Assembly (NCBI GenBank): GCA_034439715.1
Contig: JAWXAY010000067.1
Location: forward strand, 1 to 61,388
Origin: Pseudomonadota bacterium
Lineage (GTDB): Bacteria; Bdellovibrionota; Bdellovibrionia; Bdellovibrionales; SG-bin7
Length of the DNA: 61,388 bases
Reading direction: 5' to 3'
Positions within the stretch are counted from its first letter, which is position 1, and each line of letters opens with the position of its first letter. Shown here piece after piece: positions 10,759 to 19,772 of this stretch. The notes under the pieces were generated by a model. The model had not been told where the DNA came from. It did no database searches and was given only the letters and a program-made list of their open reading frames with translations. The position numbers and the translations under genes were made by a program.

Positions 10759-11394
10759 GTGATTGCTCACTTTATCTTTTTTTTTCTAACTCAATCTTCG
10801 GCGCAAGAAATCTTTAGCCAAATTGAACGACTAGCAGCCAATCACGAACAGGTTATTGTTGCCACGCAAAAAAAAAGCGGATTTGTTTCTCTCTATCAAA
10901 AGATCAACGGAAAATTTAGAAAAACTTGGGGCCCCGTACCTGCCGTTTTTGGCAAAAATGGCATTGCCAAAGAAAATGCGAAAGTCGAAGGAGATGGTAA
11001 GACTCCGTCGGGAATATTTGAGATTGAGGGAGCCTTTGGATATCATGCCAACGCCACCACAAAATTGAATTACCGGACTGCTGGCAGTAACGATAAGTGG
11101 ATCGACGACGTGGAATCTTCGGACTACAATAACTGGGTGCATGGCGATACGACCGCCAAATCCTTTGAAAAATTAAAACGTGATGATAATTTGTATGAGC
11201 ACGCTTTCATTACAAGTTATAATCGAACTCCAGTAATCAAGGGCAAAGGCAGTGCTATTTTCGTTCATGTATGGCGAGGCCCTAACTCCACGACTGCCGG
11301 TTGTGTGGCGATAGCTAAAGAAAACATGCTTTATCTTTTAGACCAACTGGACCGCTCTCGAAAACCAGCAATACTTATTTCAAAAGATCTTTGA
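10759..11394 (+). CDS. L,D-transpeptidase (YkuD family), exported
   Basis: KVEGDGKTPSG and GSAIFVHVWRGPNSTTAGCVA with catalytic His/Cys. Confidence 0.88.
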   Translation: MIAHFIFFFLTQSSAQEIFSQIERLAANHEQVIVATQKKSGFVSLYQKINGKFRKTWGPVPAVFGKNGIAKENAKVEGDGKTPSGIFEIEGAFGYHANATTKLNYRTAGSNDKWIDDVESSDYNNWVHGDTTAKSFEKLKRDDNLYEHAFITSYNRTPVIKGKGSAIFVHVWRGPNSTTAGCVAIAKENMLYLLDQLDRSRKPAILISKDL

Positions 11395-12624
11395 ATAAAC
11401 TTTTTGTAATCGCTCTTTGAGAGTCTCGGGCGTATAGGACTTACCAAGAAATTCGTCGACCCCTTCTTTAATGGCGTTGGTTTGATTAGCTTCTTCGCCA
11501 TCAGCAGAAATCATAAGTATTGGTATGTCCTTCAAAAAAATATCAGAGCGACAATGCTTGGTAAGTGCAATGCCGTCCATTTTGGGCATATGCCAGTCAG
11601 TAATCATGATATCGTAGGGCTTCGCATCGTGAAAACTCTGTTTAAGTTCGACAAGGGCTACCTCACCGTCTTTCGCACAGAAAAAATTACTATACCCGAG
11701 GGCCTTTAAGGCCTTCACATGAATCTTAAGCATAGATTCAAAGTCATCGACGATCATAAAGCGCGTATCAATGGGGGGCGATATCTCCTGCTGAGCACTA
11801 CGATAGGCACGCGAAATTTTCTTTTTAAGCTCTGTAATCTCGTAAGGCTTAATCAAATACTCTGATATTCCTGCCGCGACGGCTTGATTGAGGTTCACCT
11901 CGCGATTTTCCGCAGTGGCCAGTAAAAAAGGAATTTTTGCCAATATTCTATTTTGCTTACACTTCTCGAATAGCTCTAACCCCGACATATTGGGCATATT
12001 CCAATCAGTGATAACGAAATCAATCTTATGCTGACGACCCTTAATGGTAAGATCCAAGTACTCTAAAGCCTCTTTACCACTCAAATACGAATGCAAATTA
12101 AGAAAACCCAAAGAATTTAACATTTTCGTAAGCGTCAAAATAGTCCATTTAGAATCATCAACAATTAAAATATTACTATTTTTTGAAAACGTCTTTGTGT
12201 CCCGCAATAAGTTGGCAACTCTCGCCATTTTTTCTTTAAGTTGTACTCGAGAAAAGGGCTTTAAAAGATAATCAAAGGCACCTGCTGTGATGGCTTTTTG
12301 AATATTCTCCAAAGTGTTTTCGGCGGTTACGAATAGAAAAGGTGTGTGTTGTAACGCCGGAATGGTTTTACACCTTTCTATAAGTTCAATGCCCGACATC
12401 TCTGGCATTTGCCAGTCAGTGATGACCAAACTAAATGGTTGGCGCTGCGCCACCGCTTGCTCAAGCATCAAAAACCCCGACATGCCTGTGACCGCGAGTT
12501 CAATTTTGTCAAAGCCAAGCTCACCTAGCAGTTTTTGAATTATGGCGCACATGGTGTGCATATCATCTATGATCAAAATTCGGGCGTGACGACTAAACAC
12601 CGAGGTCTTCTCTTTCGGTCTCAA
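11380..12624 (-). CDS. Protein of three tandem CheY-like REC domains
   Basis: Three DD...TDW.MP.M.G...K units (TDWQMP, TDWNMP, TDWHMP). Confidence 0.9.
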   Translation of the reverse strand: MRPKEKTSVFSRHARILIIDDMHTMCAIIQKLLGELGFDKIELAVTGMSGFLMLEQAVAQRQPFSLVITDWQMPEMSGIELIERCKTIPALQHTPFLFVTAENTLENIQKAITAGAFDYLLKPFSRVQLKEKMARVANLLRDTKTFSKNSNILIVDDSKWTILTLTKMLNSLGFLNLHSYLSGKEALEYLDLTIKGRQHKIDFVITDWNMPNMSGLELFEKCKQNRILAKIPFLLATAENREVNLNQAVAAGISEYLIKPYEITELKKKISRAYRSAQQEISPPIDTRFMIVDDFESMLKIHVKALKALGYSNFFCAKDGEVALVELKQSFHDAKPYDIMITDWHMPKMDGIALTKHCRSDIFLKDIPILMISADGEEANQTNAIKEGVDEFLGKSYTPETLKERLQKVYSKIF

Positions 12625-12751
12625 GTACAGGCGCTAAATCTATTTTAGTAATTTCGGGTCTCATTAATACTTCCTATCACAACCATGTTACTTATCTATT
12701 TTTGTTAATTCAAGCACTGGAGTAATCTCACTCCATAGAAAAGGAGGGTCT

Positions 12752-13258
12752 ATGAAATACCCAAAAAAATTATTGTCCCTAGTTAGTTTAGTTGGACTTC
12801 TGTCGCCTAATACTGGATTTGCTCAAAATGGAGATTTCGAGTCCAAGACTCGAGTTATTAGTAATGTCGTTAGCCCTATGACAATTCAGGTGACCCCTGA
12901 CTTGGTAAAGTGTTCAGATCGTGGCTATTCCAATCTGCAACTCAAATTGAGCGTCCCCAATCTCGGGGTATTGACACATTTTCATCATGCAAATATTGGT
13001 GAAATCTACCCATGTATCACGGCCGGGCGATGTCAGAAAGGCCGCATGCCTGAGGATTTGCTAAAGGCTGATGAACCTAATGTAGAGGCGAACATTAGAG
13101 TAGATCTTAAAGAGACTTACCATATCGATCACACGAATAAAAAATGTTCAAGGAGTCTTGAAGAGATAGTATCTACAAAAATTCGCGGTTTTGACTTCAG
13201 TCATAATCGCGATGCAGGCCTAGGAGACTTTCCCTACGAACTTTGCACGAAACTTTAA
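12752..13258 (+). CDS. Secreted Cys-containing hypothetical protein
   Basis: AAGGAGG RBS, signal peptide ending GFA, 5 Cys in the mature part. Confidence 0.75.
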   Translation: MKYPKKLLSLVSLVGLLSPNTGFAQNGDFESKTRVISNVVSPMTIQVTPDLVKCSDRGYSNLQLKLSVPNLGVLTHFHHANIGEIYPCITAGRCQKGRMPEDLLKADEPNVEANIRVDLKETYHIDHTNKKCSRSLEEIVSTKIRGFDFSHNRDAGLGDFPYELCTKL

Positions 13259-14100
13259 TGCCAACGTTTTTTGTCATACCAAAACATGCTCTTAAGCCTT
13301 TCAACCGGCTTAAAGCCAACACCTTGGTAGACGCTGAGGGCATGGTAATCGAGGTCGGCAACAATAACAAGTTCTTGCAGATTCCCCTCAGCTAGCGCTT
13401 GCCTCGATACCTCATAAAGAAGTGTGCTACAAACCCCTTGACGTCTAAAAAAGGGGTTTGTTTCTACAGATTGAAAGCGCCCAATACCGTCAGAAAAATA
13501 AAGGCCGAGGTCACCGGCTAATTGGCCGTCAATATAAGCCCCATACCAATTGCCAATCTTGGCTTGAGCCATTTCTCGGTAGGCGTTAAATTGAGTTTCT
13601 TTAAAATGAAAATACTCGTCAGTAGCAAACTCAGGTTTCTTACTCATCACTTGATTCTCAACGACTTTATCCCATTCGCGATTTGTTACAATCGGCCTAA
13701 CGACTACTTCAGTATTAAATTTTCGCGGACGTTCAATCTCTTTGGTGGCGAGTACCACCGACTCTTCTACAATAAATTCATTTTTTATAAACTCACTTAG
13801 ATCGCTCTCGGTTCCCGCAGGACAATCCCAACAAAAAGTCATATGAGAAATTTCTTTGTTTTCCCCAAATTCCATTTTGAACAATTCAGTCCATTTGACG
13901 AAACTGCCATTTTGCGGCGGCGCCGAAAACAAAAGGTAATTACCATAAAAAAATCGGGGATTTTTTGGCGTCTCTACTTTAATATATTCTTGTCGATCCG
14001 TTACTTTACCTGCGAACTGAGAAAAAATAAGGTCTGTTCTAAACGCTATTGATTTAATGTCCATATATTTAATATTCTCAATTTCTGATTTTTGAGTCAA
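13255..14100 (-). CDS. GNAT family N-acetyltransferase (C-terminal GNAT domain)
   Basis: VETNPFFRRQGVCSTL motif A; ALSVYQGVGF. Confidence 0.85.
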   Translation of the reverse strand: MTQKSEIENIKYMDIKSIAFRTDLIFSQFAGKVTDRQEYIKVETPKNPRFFYGNYLLFSAPPQNGSFVKWTELFKMEFGENKEISHMTFCWDCPAGTESDLSEFIKNEFIVEESVVLATKEIERPRKFNTEVVVRPIVTNREWDKVVENQVMSKKPEFATDEYFHFKETQFNAYREMAQAKIGNWYGAYIDGQLAGDLGLYFSDGIGRFQSVETNPFFRRQGVCSTLLYEVSRQALAEGNLQELVIVADLDYHALSVYQGVGFKPVERLKSMFWYDKKRWH

Positions 14101-14165
14101 TATTCTTAAAGGTTAAATTTAAATCCCAATTGATTTACTAAAGTACTTTAGTGTAGCCTAGGCCT

Positions 14166-14735
14166 ATGAGATTAATTTTGCGTGAGCTGAACACTAATGA
14201 CGAGGTCGCCTTTTTAAGGGGCGTCCAGGCTTGGCCGCCAGCGGATCGCGCTTGGCATTCCTTTGAATGGACAGAGGATGGAAACTTTACAAAACATCTT
14301 GAAATTCTTGAAAATAATCGCCTGGGAAAAGGTATTCCCGACGGCTGGGTGCCGTCCACAATGCTCTATGGTTTTGTCGCCGAAGAAATTATTGGAAGGC
14401 TTCACGTTCGACACAGACTAACGCCATCACTTGAAATTCGCGGCGGGCATATTGGCTATGCCGTGGCCCCGCCTTATCGTAGAAAGGGATATGCCTGTGA
14501 AATGCTACGCCAGGCGCTCCCTCTGTGTGAAAGTCTAGGTCTCAACAATATTCTCATAACATGCGACGAAGAAAATGTTGGGTCTCACCGCGTAATCGAA
14601 AAAAATGGCGGAGTACTAAAAGATAAAGTGTTTGACGATGTGGACCAGCTAATGATTAGAAAATATTTACTTGATGCCGGCGCCAGTCGTTACTCGGGGC
14701 AGGCCGTAACTCAGGTGCGCCGATGCAAGCACTAA
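14166..14735 (+). CDS. GNAT family N-acetyltransferase
   Basis: GGHIGYAVAPPYRRKGYA and ITCDEENVGSHRVIEKNGG. Confidence 0.9.
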   Translation: MRLILRELNTNDEVAFLRGVQAWPPADRAWHSFEWTEDGNFTKHLEILENNRLGKGIPDGWVPSTMLYGFVAEEIIGRLHVRHRLTPSLEIRGGHIGYAVAPPYRRKGYACEMLRQALPLCESLGLNNILITCDEENVGSHRVIEKNGGVLKDKVFDDVDQLMIRKYLLDAGASRYSGQAVTQVRRCKH

Positions 14736-16358
14736 CTAATGCGACTTAGCTTTTTTTTCTAAGTAATGGTCCCAATCTCCGTTGTAGATATTAATGTGTT
14801 GCTTGTCTAATTCAAATACGCGGGTGGTAATTTCACGTAAAAAATGTCGGTCATGGCTTACAATCATTACAGTGCCAGGAAAATCTTTAATGGCACTCAA
14901 TAAAAATTCTCGAGAATTGATATCTAAATGGTTGGTGGGTTCATCCAATACTAAAAGATTTACCGGTTTTGCCAAAATCTTTGCCAACACTACGCGGCTT
15001 TTTTCGCCACCAGATAAAATCCGCACTTTTTTGTCTGAATCATCACCTGAAAATCGAAAAGCGCCTAAAAGAGTTTTCACATAACCTAAAGTCGCAGTAG
15101 GCACAACGCTGTGAACTTCTTCTAGAATTGTCATGTTAGGATTCAAAACGTCCAAAGAGTTTTGACTAAAATAACCCACTATTACACTAGCTCCGATGTT
15201 GTAGGTGCCCTCACTGGGCTCCGTTTGGCCAGTCACAACCTTCATAAAGGTGGACTTACCCGCTCCATTAACACCCACGACAGCAACTCGGTCGAGTCGC
15301 TTGACCAAGGCATTAGAATTTCTAAAAACAACCTTTTCTTTTCCTTCTGTCGTCTTCCAAGTCTTACCAAGGTTCTCTACCTTTACGACCTCATCTCCAC
15401 CCCGGGGAGGAGTCGGCCAGGTAAAGCTCATTGTTCGTTCTTCAGTGGGAATCTCAATTATGTCGATTTTTTCAAGTTTTTTTACTCGAGACTGCACTTG
15501 TGCCGCATGCGAAGCTCTTGCTGCAAAGCGAGCGATAAATTCGTGTTCCTTAGCCAGCATGTCCTCTTGCCGCTTAGCGGAAGCTACGAGCTGGTCTAAA
15601 CGCACTTGCTTTTCTTTCTCATAATAATCGTAGTTACCAGAATAAACTGTAATTTTTTGATGGGCCACTTCGACTATTTTAATAACTAAGCGATTCATAA
15701 AATCCCGATCGTGGCTTGTCATAAGAATCGATCCCTTAAAACTAACTAACCACTCCTCAAGCCAAACAATGGATTCTAAATCTAAGTGATTCGTCGGCTC
15801 GTCCATCAACAAAACATCAGGCTGTAAAAGAAGAATCTTAGAAAGAGCTATTCGCATCTTCCATCCCCCGCTAAAACTTTCTGTCGGCCGATGAAAGTCA
15901 TCAGGGCCGATACCCAGACCTGTGAGAATTTCAGCAGCACGAGACTCAAGGTCATAACCACCAAGGCGCTCAAACTCTGTTTGCAAATCGCCGTACTCTT
16001 CTAGAATTTTGGCCATGACGTCATCAGCTAAGGGCTCAGAAAGTTTCGCTTCGATTTCAACCAGACGCTTTTGCACGAGTGGCACGCGCGAATTTGCGGC
16101 CTTAACTTCTTCGAGGGCCGAGCGCCCCTTCATTTCTTCAATACTTTGAGAAAAATAACCGACAGTGATTCGCTCAGGTTTTGAGACTGTGCCTTCGTCA
16201 ACACTCTCCTCGCCCATGATGATGCGAAAGACCGTGGTTTTACCGGCACCATTGGGCCCCACAAGGCCGATTTTTTCGCCCGCATTAATTTGGAAAGTTC
16301 CATTTTGAAATAGAACCTTATTGGCATGGCGTTTGGCTATATTAGAGATATGAATCAT
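14736..16358 (-). CDS. ABC-F family ATPase (ribosome-associated, YheS/YbiT/Uup-like)
   Basis: Two ABC domains (GPNGAGKT, FSGGWKMR, DEPTNHLD; GVNGAGKS, LSGGEK, DEPTNHLD), no transmembrane segments. Confidence 0.95.
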   Translation of the reverse strand: MIHISNIAKRHANKVLFQNGTFQINAGEKIGLVGPNGAGKTTVFRIIMGEESVDEGTVSKPERITVGYFSQSIEEMKGRSALEEVKAANSRVPLVQKRLVEIEAKLSEPLADDVMAKILEEYGDLQTEFERLGGYDLESRAAEILTGLGIGPDDFHRPTESFSGGWKMRIALSKILLLQPDVLLMDEPTNHLDLESIVWLEEWLVSFKGSILMTSHDRDFMNRLVIKIVEVAHQKITVYSGNYDYYEKEKQVRLDQLVASAKRQEDMLAKEHEFIARFAARASHAAQVQSRVKKLEKIDIIEIPTEERTMSFTWPTPPRGGDEVVKVENLGKTWKTTEGKEKVVFRNSNALVKRLDRVAVVGVNGAGKSTFMKVVTGQTEPSEGTYNIGASVIVGYFSQNSLDVLNPNMTILEEVHSVVPTATLGYVKTLLGAFRFSGDDSDKKVRILSGGEKSRVVLAKILAKPVNLLVLDEPTNHLDINSREFLLSAIKDFPGTVMIVSHDRHFLREITTRVFELDKQHINIYNGDWDHYLEKKAKSH

Positions 16359-16466
16359 AGGCGACTGATTCTCTTATACCCTAAATTGATTTGCAAGGCT
16401 CTAAAAAAATTTCATGAATTCAATCACTTGTGGACAATGTCTGGTCAGAAAGCCTAATTGTTTTAA

Positions 16467-17249
16467 ATGCTTACTAAATTCACTTCAACCATTCTGTTCG
16501 CTTTAGTTTTTGCGGCCGAGTGCAAAGCCGGCGAGGCAACGGTGAGCGATGTCGTGCGCGACATCAACAGCATCTTCGAAGCAATGGGACCCAAGAAAGT
16601 GGGCACACCCGAGATGGATGGTTCGCTTATAAATCAAGGCTGCGACCTACCGTTTTTGTTCTACTTGAAGCATCATTTTAAAACTCATTCAGAAATAACA
16701 AATCTCGATGAAATGCTTAATTCAGAACTTGAAACTCTAAACTCCTTTGTTCGCGATTATACGGATCCCATCAATGTTGAGATGGTCGTTCAAGATTTTA
16801 CTAAAGAACTACTCCAAAAACTTATTGAGGCCCCCCACACACAGCCAATAGACATTTTGTTTGAGTCGCTTAGAAAAATCTGGCCCGAAGCCAGCAGCGA
16901 GGCTTTTACATTTGGTAAGCAGAGCACAAATTACGTTAGCGGTGAATATCTGGTGATTGAACTTTCAACTGAGCTCACCATCTCTGCGGTAGAAATGTGG
17001 ACTCACAGCTGGACTGTCGACTTTAGGATTAAAGAAAATCAAAGCTATGAGTTAGATAAAGTGCAAATCAAGTCGATCACCAAAAGACAAGACCTGCACG
17101 CTGATGTTGCGCGCTGGATTGATTATGATTCAAAGCTCATTGAAGCTAAGGGCGAGCCCTTACTGGCTGTTCCTGATGTGGGATTACGCTTAACTCTTGA
17201 GGAGCGAAAAAAACAGCTCACTCATGTCCTCAAGAATTGTACTAATTAA
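16467..17249 (+). CDS. Secreted hypothetical protein
   Basis: 260-aa ORF with signal peptide; no motif recognised. Confidence 0.65.
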   Translation: MLTKFTSTILFALVFAAECKAGEATVSDVVRDINSIFEAMGPKKVGTPEMDGSLINQGCDLPFLFYLKHHFKTHSEITNLDEMLNSELETLNSFVRDYTDPINVEMVVQDFTKELLQKLIEAPHTQPIDILFESLRKIWPEASSEAFTFGKQSTNYVSGEYLVIELSTELTISAVEMWTHSWTVDFRIKENQSYELDKVQIKSITKRQDLHADVARWIDYDSKLIEAKGEPLLAVPDVGLRLTLEERKKQLTHVLKNCTN

Positions 17250-17784
17250 GTGCCTGCTCAATTTTGGCAATAAGCACTTTATCTTCGGGCTCTATTTTGG
17301 ACCCAAAACGAGCCACTACTTCGCCCTTTCGGTTAATCAAAAATTTCTCAAAATTCCACGCGACATCTTTACTGTCAGAGCTGTTCGCCAACAAAAACTT
17401 ATATAGAGGATGCTGGGCTTCACCCTTTACATCGGCCTTTTTTAATAGTGGAAAGGTCACTCCATATCTGACTTTGCAGAATTCCTTAATCTCACCTTCT
17501 GCTGCTGGCTCCTGTTGACCGAACTGATTGCAAGGCATACCCAAAACCACAAGGCCCTCTTTTTTATATTTTTTAGAAAGTGCTTCAAGCCCTTTATATT
17601 GGGGAGTGTACCCGCACTTTGAGGCCGTATTGACAATTAAAATAGCCTGATTTTTAAATTCAGAAAGCTTTAACGCCTTTCCTTCTATTGTGTTTACTTC
17701 GATATCATATAAACCATTTACCTCTTTAGCTCCACCCACTGCAACCCCCAATAAAAAAAAACTAATTATGAATTTATAAATCAC
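17242..17784 (-). CDS. Glutathione peroxidase (Cys-type), with signal peptide
   Basis: IVNTASKCGYT, LGMPCNQFG.QEP, WNFEKFL. Confidence 0.95.
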   Translation of the reverse strand: MIYKFIISFFLLGVAVGGAKEVNGLYDIEVNTIEGKALKLSEFKNQAILIVNTASKCGYTPQYKGLEALSKKYKKEGLVVLGMPCNQFGQQEPAAEGEIKEFCKVRYGVTFPLLKKADVKGEAQHPLYKFLLANSSDSKDVAWNFEKFLINRKGEVVARFGSKIEPEDKVLIAKIEQALN

Positions 17785-17812
17785 TTTAATTTCTCCCGTT
17801 TACAAGTAAATA

Positions 17813-18214
17813 TTAAATCCCCAATCGCTTACCGTCAACCTTCGAAAACCGAAGACCTAATAACAACCATCCTAAAATAAATGCCAGGCCGCCTAATGGC
17901 GTGATCATACCTAATTTATTTATTTCAAAGAGGGAAACCCCATAGAGACTGCCCGAAAACAATAATATACCGGCGCAAAATAAATTTCCTACTTGCTGAA
18001 GATTAGCTGTCGGCAACTGCTCACAGGCCCAGGCAACAAACAAGATGCCAAAAGCATGGTACATTTGATAGCGCACAGCTGTTTCGAACACAGTCAATGC
18101 GGCGGGATCGAGAATGGCCTTGAGTGCATGCGCAGCAAACGCCCCCGCAACTATTCCCAGTGCCGCAAAAACCGATCCGAGAACAACAAACTTAGAACTT
18201 TGGGGGTTTTTCAT
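17813..18214 (-). CDS. DUF423 (YgdD/TMEM256-like) membrane protein
   Basis: GAFAAH, TAVRYQMYH, FSGSLY, ITPLGG. Confidence 0.9.
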   Translation of the reverse strand: MKNPQSSKFVVLGSVFAALGIVAGAFAAHALKAILDPAALTVFETAVRYQMYHAFGILFVAWACEQLPTANLQQVGNLFCAGILLFSGSLYGVSLFEINKLGMITPLGGLAFILGWLLLGLRFSKVDGKRLGI

Positions 18215-18265
18215 AGGACCGTTTGAGTTCGTTGAGCATTGTAATATTTAGACATTTGGCTCCAG

Positions 18266-18291
18266 CAAAAAAGGCGGCATTTAACGGCCGC
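18266..18291 (-). terminator. Intrinsic terminator after the His/Met-rich gene
   Basis: Minus strand GGCGGC-cgttaaat-GCCGCC-TTTTTT. Confidence 0.7.
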
Positions 18292-18333
18292 CCTTTAAAG
18301 ACTAAACTATCAATTAAAAATTTATTCTGCAGT

Positions 18334-18594
18334 CTATTGATCAGCTGGTTTTTCGGCAGAGGGATCAGTGTGGCCAGAGTGTTCGCCTTTTTTCATTTTT
18401 TCGTCACAAGCTTTTCTTGCGGCCTCAGTTTCTAACTTACTGCAGTCCATATGGCCCTTGTGTTCCATTTTTTTCATCTTTTCCATCTTTTCCATCTTTT
18501 TACCCGGTTTTTTTCCGTCTTCATGATGGTCAGAAAAAGCACTGGGACCCATTAATAACACCGCCGCAGCAGTTGTAATGATTAGATTTTTCAT
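18334..18594 (-). CDS. Small secreted His/Met/Lys-rich protein
   Basis: AAGGAG RBS, signal peptide, DHHED, KKMEKMEKMKKMEH, 2 Cys, own terminator. Confidence 0.8.
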   Translation of the reverse strand: MKNLIITTAAAVLLMGPSAFSDHHEDGKKPGKKMEKMEKMKKMEHKGHMDCSKLETEAARKACDEKMKKGEHSGHTDPSAEKPADQ

Positions 18595-18651
18595 TTGATT
18601 TCTCCTTTGTTAATAATAAAAATAATATTCCGTTGGGTTAAACAACCTAGT

Positions 18652-18897
18652 TTAATCTTTAGTTTTTAATCGATCATCGTTTTCGACGATAAATTTTTTG
18701 ATATCTTCGGTGATCGACAACAGCTTATTCCACTGCTCTTTATAAAGAGTCACTGGAAAGCGGCCCATGCCATATATCGAGAGCGCACCTTTTTCGCTTA
18801 CTTTCATCGAAAGCGTACCCGGACGTTTTGCTTTTTTTAGGGACTCATTCTCGGTGCGAAGTCGCTCAAGCTCTTCCTTCATGTTTTGTTCAGACAT
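18652..18897 (-). CDS. Small conserved hypothetical protein (N-terminal coiled coil)
   Basis: KVSEKGALSIYGMGRFPVTLYKEQW motif; GAGG RBS. Confidence 0.8.
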   Translation of the reverse strand: MSEQNMKEELERLRTENESLKKAKRPGTLSMKVSEKGALSIYGMGRFPVTLYKEQWNKLLSITEDIKKFIVENDDRLKTKD

Positions 18898-18960
18898 ATA
18901 TTAAATCCTCGGTGGGGTTGTTATTCCCATCGATTATTGACCAAATTCCGAGGGAGTCAA

Positions 18961-18982
18961 TTCGTAAATTTTCGTAAATTTT
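18961..18982. repeat. 10-bp tandem direct repeat TTCGTAAATT x2
   Basis: Read directly; lies ~110-125 bp upstream of a sigma54-type promoter. Confidence 0.7.
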
Positions 18983-19085
18983 ACTGGGAACTGAAACATT
19001 TTTTGGCACAGACGCGATTAAAAGCATATTTTAGGCCCTATTAACAAATATAGGAGGTTATATCGAATCCATTTAGCCAAAAAAA

Positions 19086-19102
19086 TAGGCACGCCACTTG
19101 CT
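19086..19102 (+). promoter_or_regulatory. Sigma54 (-24/-12) promoter
   Basis: TAGGCACGCCACTTGCT, GG-N10-GC spacing, near consensus. Confidence 0.75.
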
Positions 19103-19118
19103 CTGGTTACAACTCACT

Positions 19119-19682
19119 ATGAAAACAAAACTAAAAATTATTGCAAAATTAGTTGTTCTACTACCAATCCTTGTCCTGCAAATAGGTTGCAGCAAAAAGA
19201 AAAACGGTGGTGGAGGTGCGGTAGCTAATACCGGTTACTATATGAATAACGGCCAATGCTATACTAGTAATGGTCAACCCGTCAGCATCAACCACTGTCC
19301 AAATAACGGCGGACTGGGTGGATACGGTAACAACGGTGGCAATAACGGGTACTATATGAATAATGGACGTTGCTTTTCAGTGCAAAATCAAGAAGTTGCC
19401 ATGACTTATTGTCAAAATACAACGGGTGGCACTAATGGTGGTTTCGGCGGATACGGCGGTTTTGGTGGCGGTGGCGGCGGTGGTTTCGGCGGTTACGGTG
19501 GCTTTGGTGGCGGCGGCGGTTTCGGCGGATACGGTGGCTTTGGTGGTGGCGGCACCTCTCAATGTGTGGGTTTTTACTATCTTACCACGGGCTATGGATT
19601 TGAATCTGTCTATTGCAGTGGCTACAGCTGCAGTGGTTATATGCTAACCAATGCTTACGGGCAGTCGATATTTTGTCAGTAA
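19119..19682 (+). CDS. Gly/Asn/Tyr-rich, Cys-containing lipoprotein
   Basis: ATG 19119, lipobox QIGC, two GYYMNNG.C modules, three GGFGGYGGFGGG repeats, Cys-rich C-terminus. Confidence 0.8.
   Translation: MKTKLKIIAKLVVLLPILVLQIGCSKKKNGGGGAVANTGYYMNNGQCYTSNGQPVSINHCPNNGGLGGYGNNGGNNGYYMNNGRCFSVQNQEVAMTYCQNTTGGTNGGFGGYGGFGGGGGGGFGGYGGFGGGGGFGGYGGFGGGGTSQCVGFYYLTTGYGFESVYCSGYSCSGYMLTNAYGQSIFCQ
19437..19552 (+). repeat. Imperfect coding repeat, GGFGGYGGFGGG(G) x3
   Basis: Three similar ggtttcggcggatacggtggctttggtggc units. Confidence 0.85.
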
Positions 19683-19772
19683 TTTCTAAATTGAGGGCCT
19701 AAAGTTATTCTGGACAACTCACCTCACTCAATCTACCTTGCCGGAGCCTAAAACTCTTTCAAGGAGACCCTG

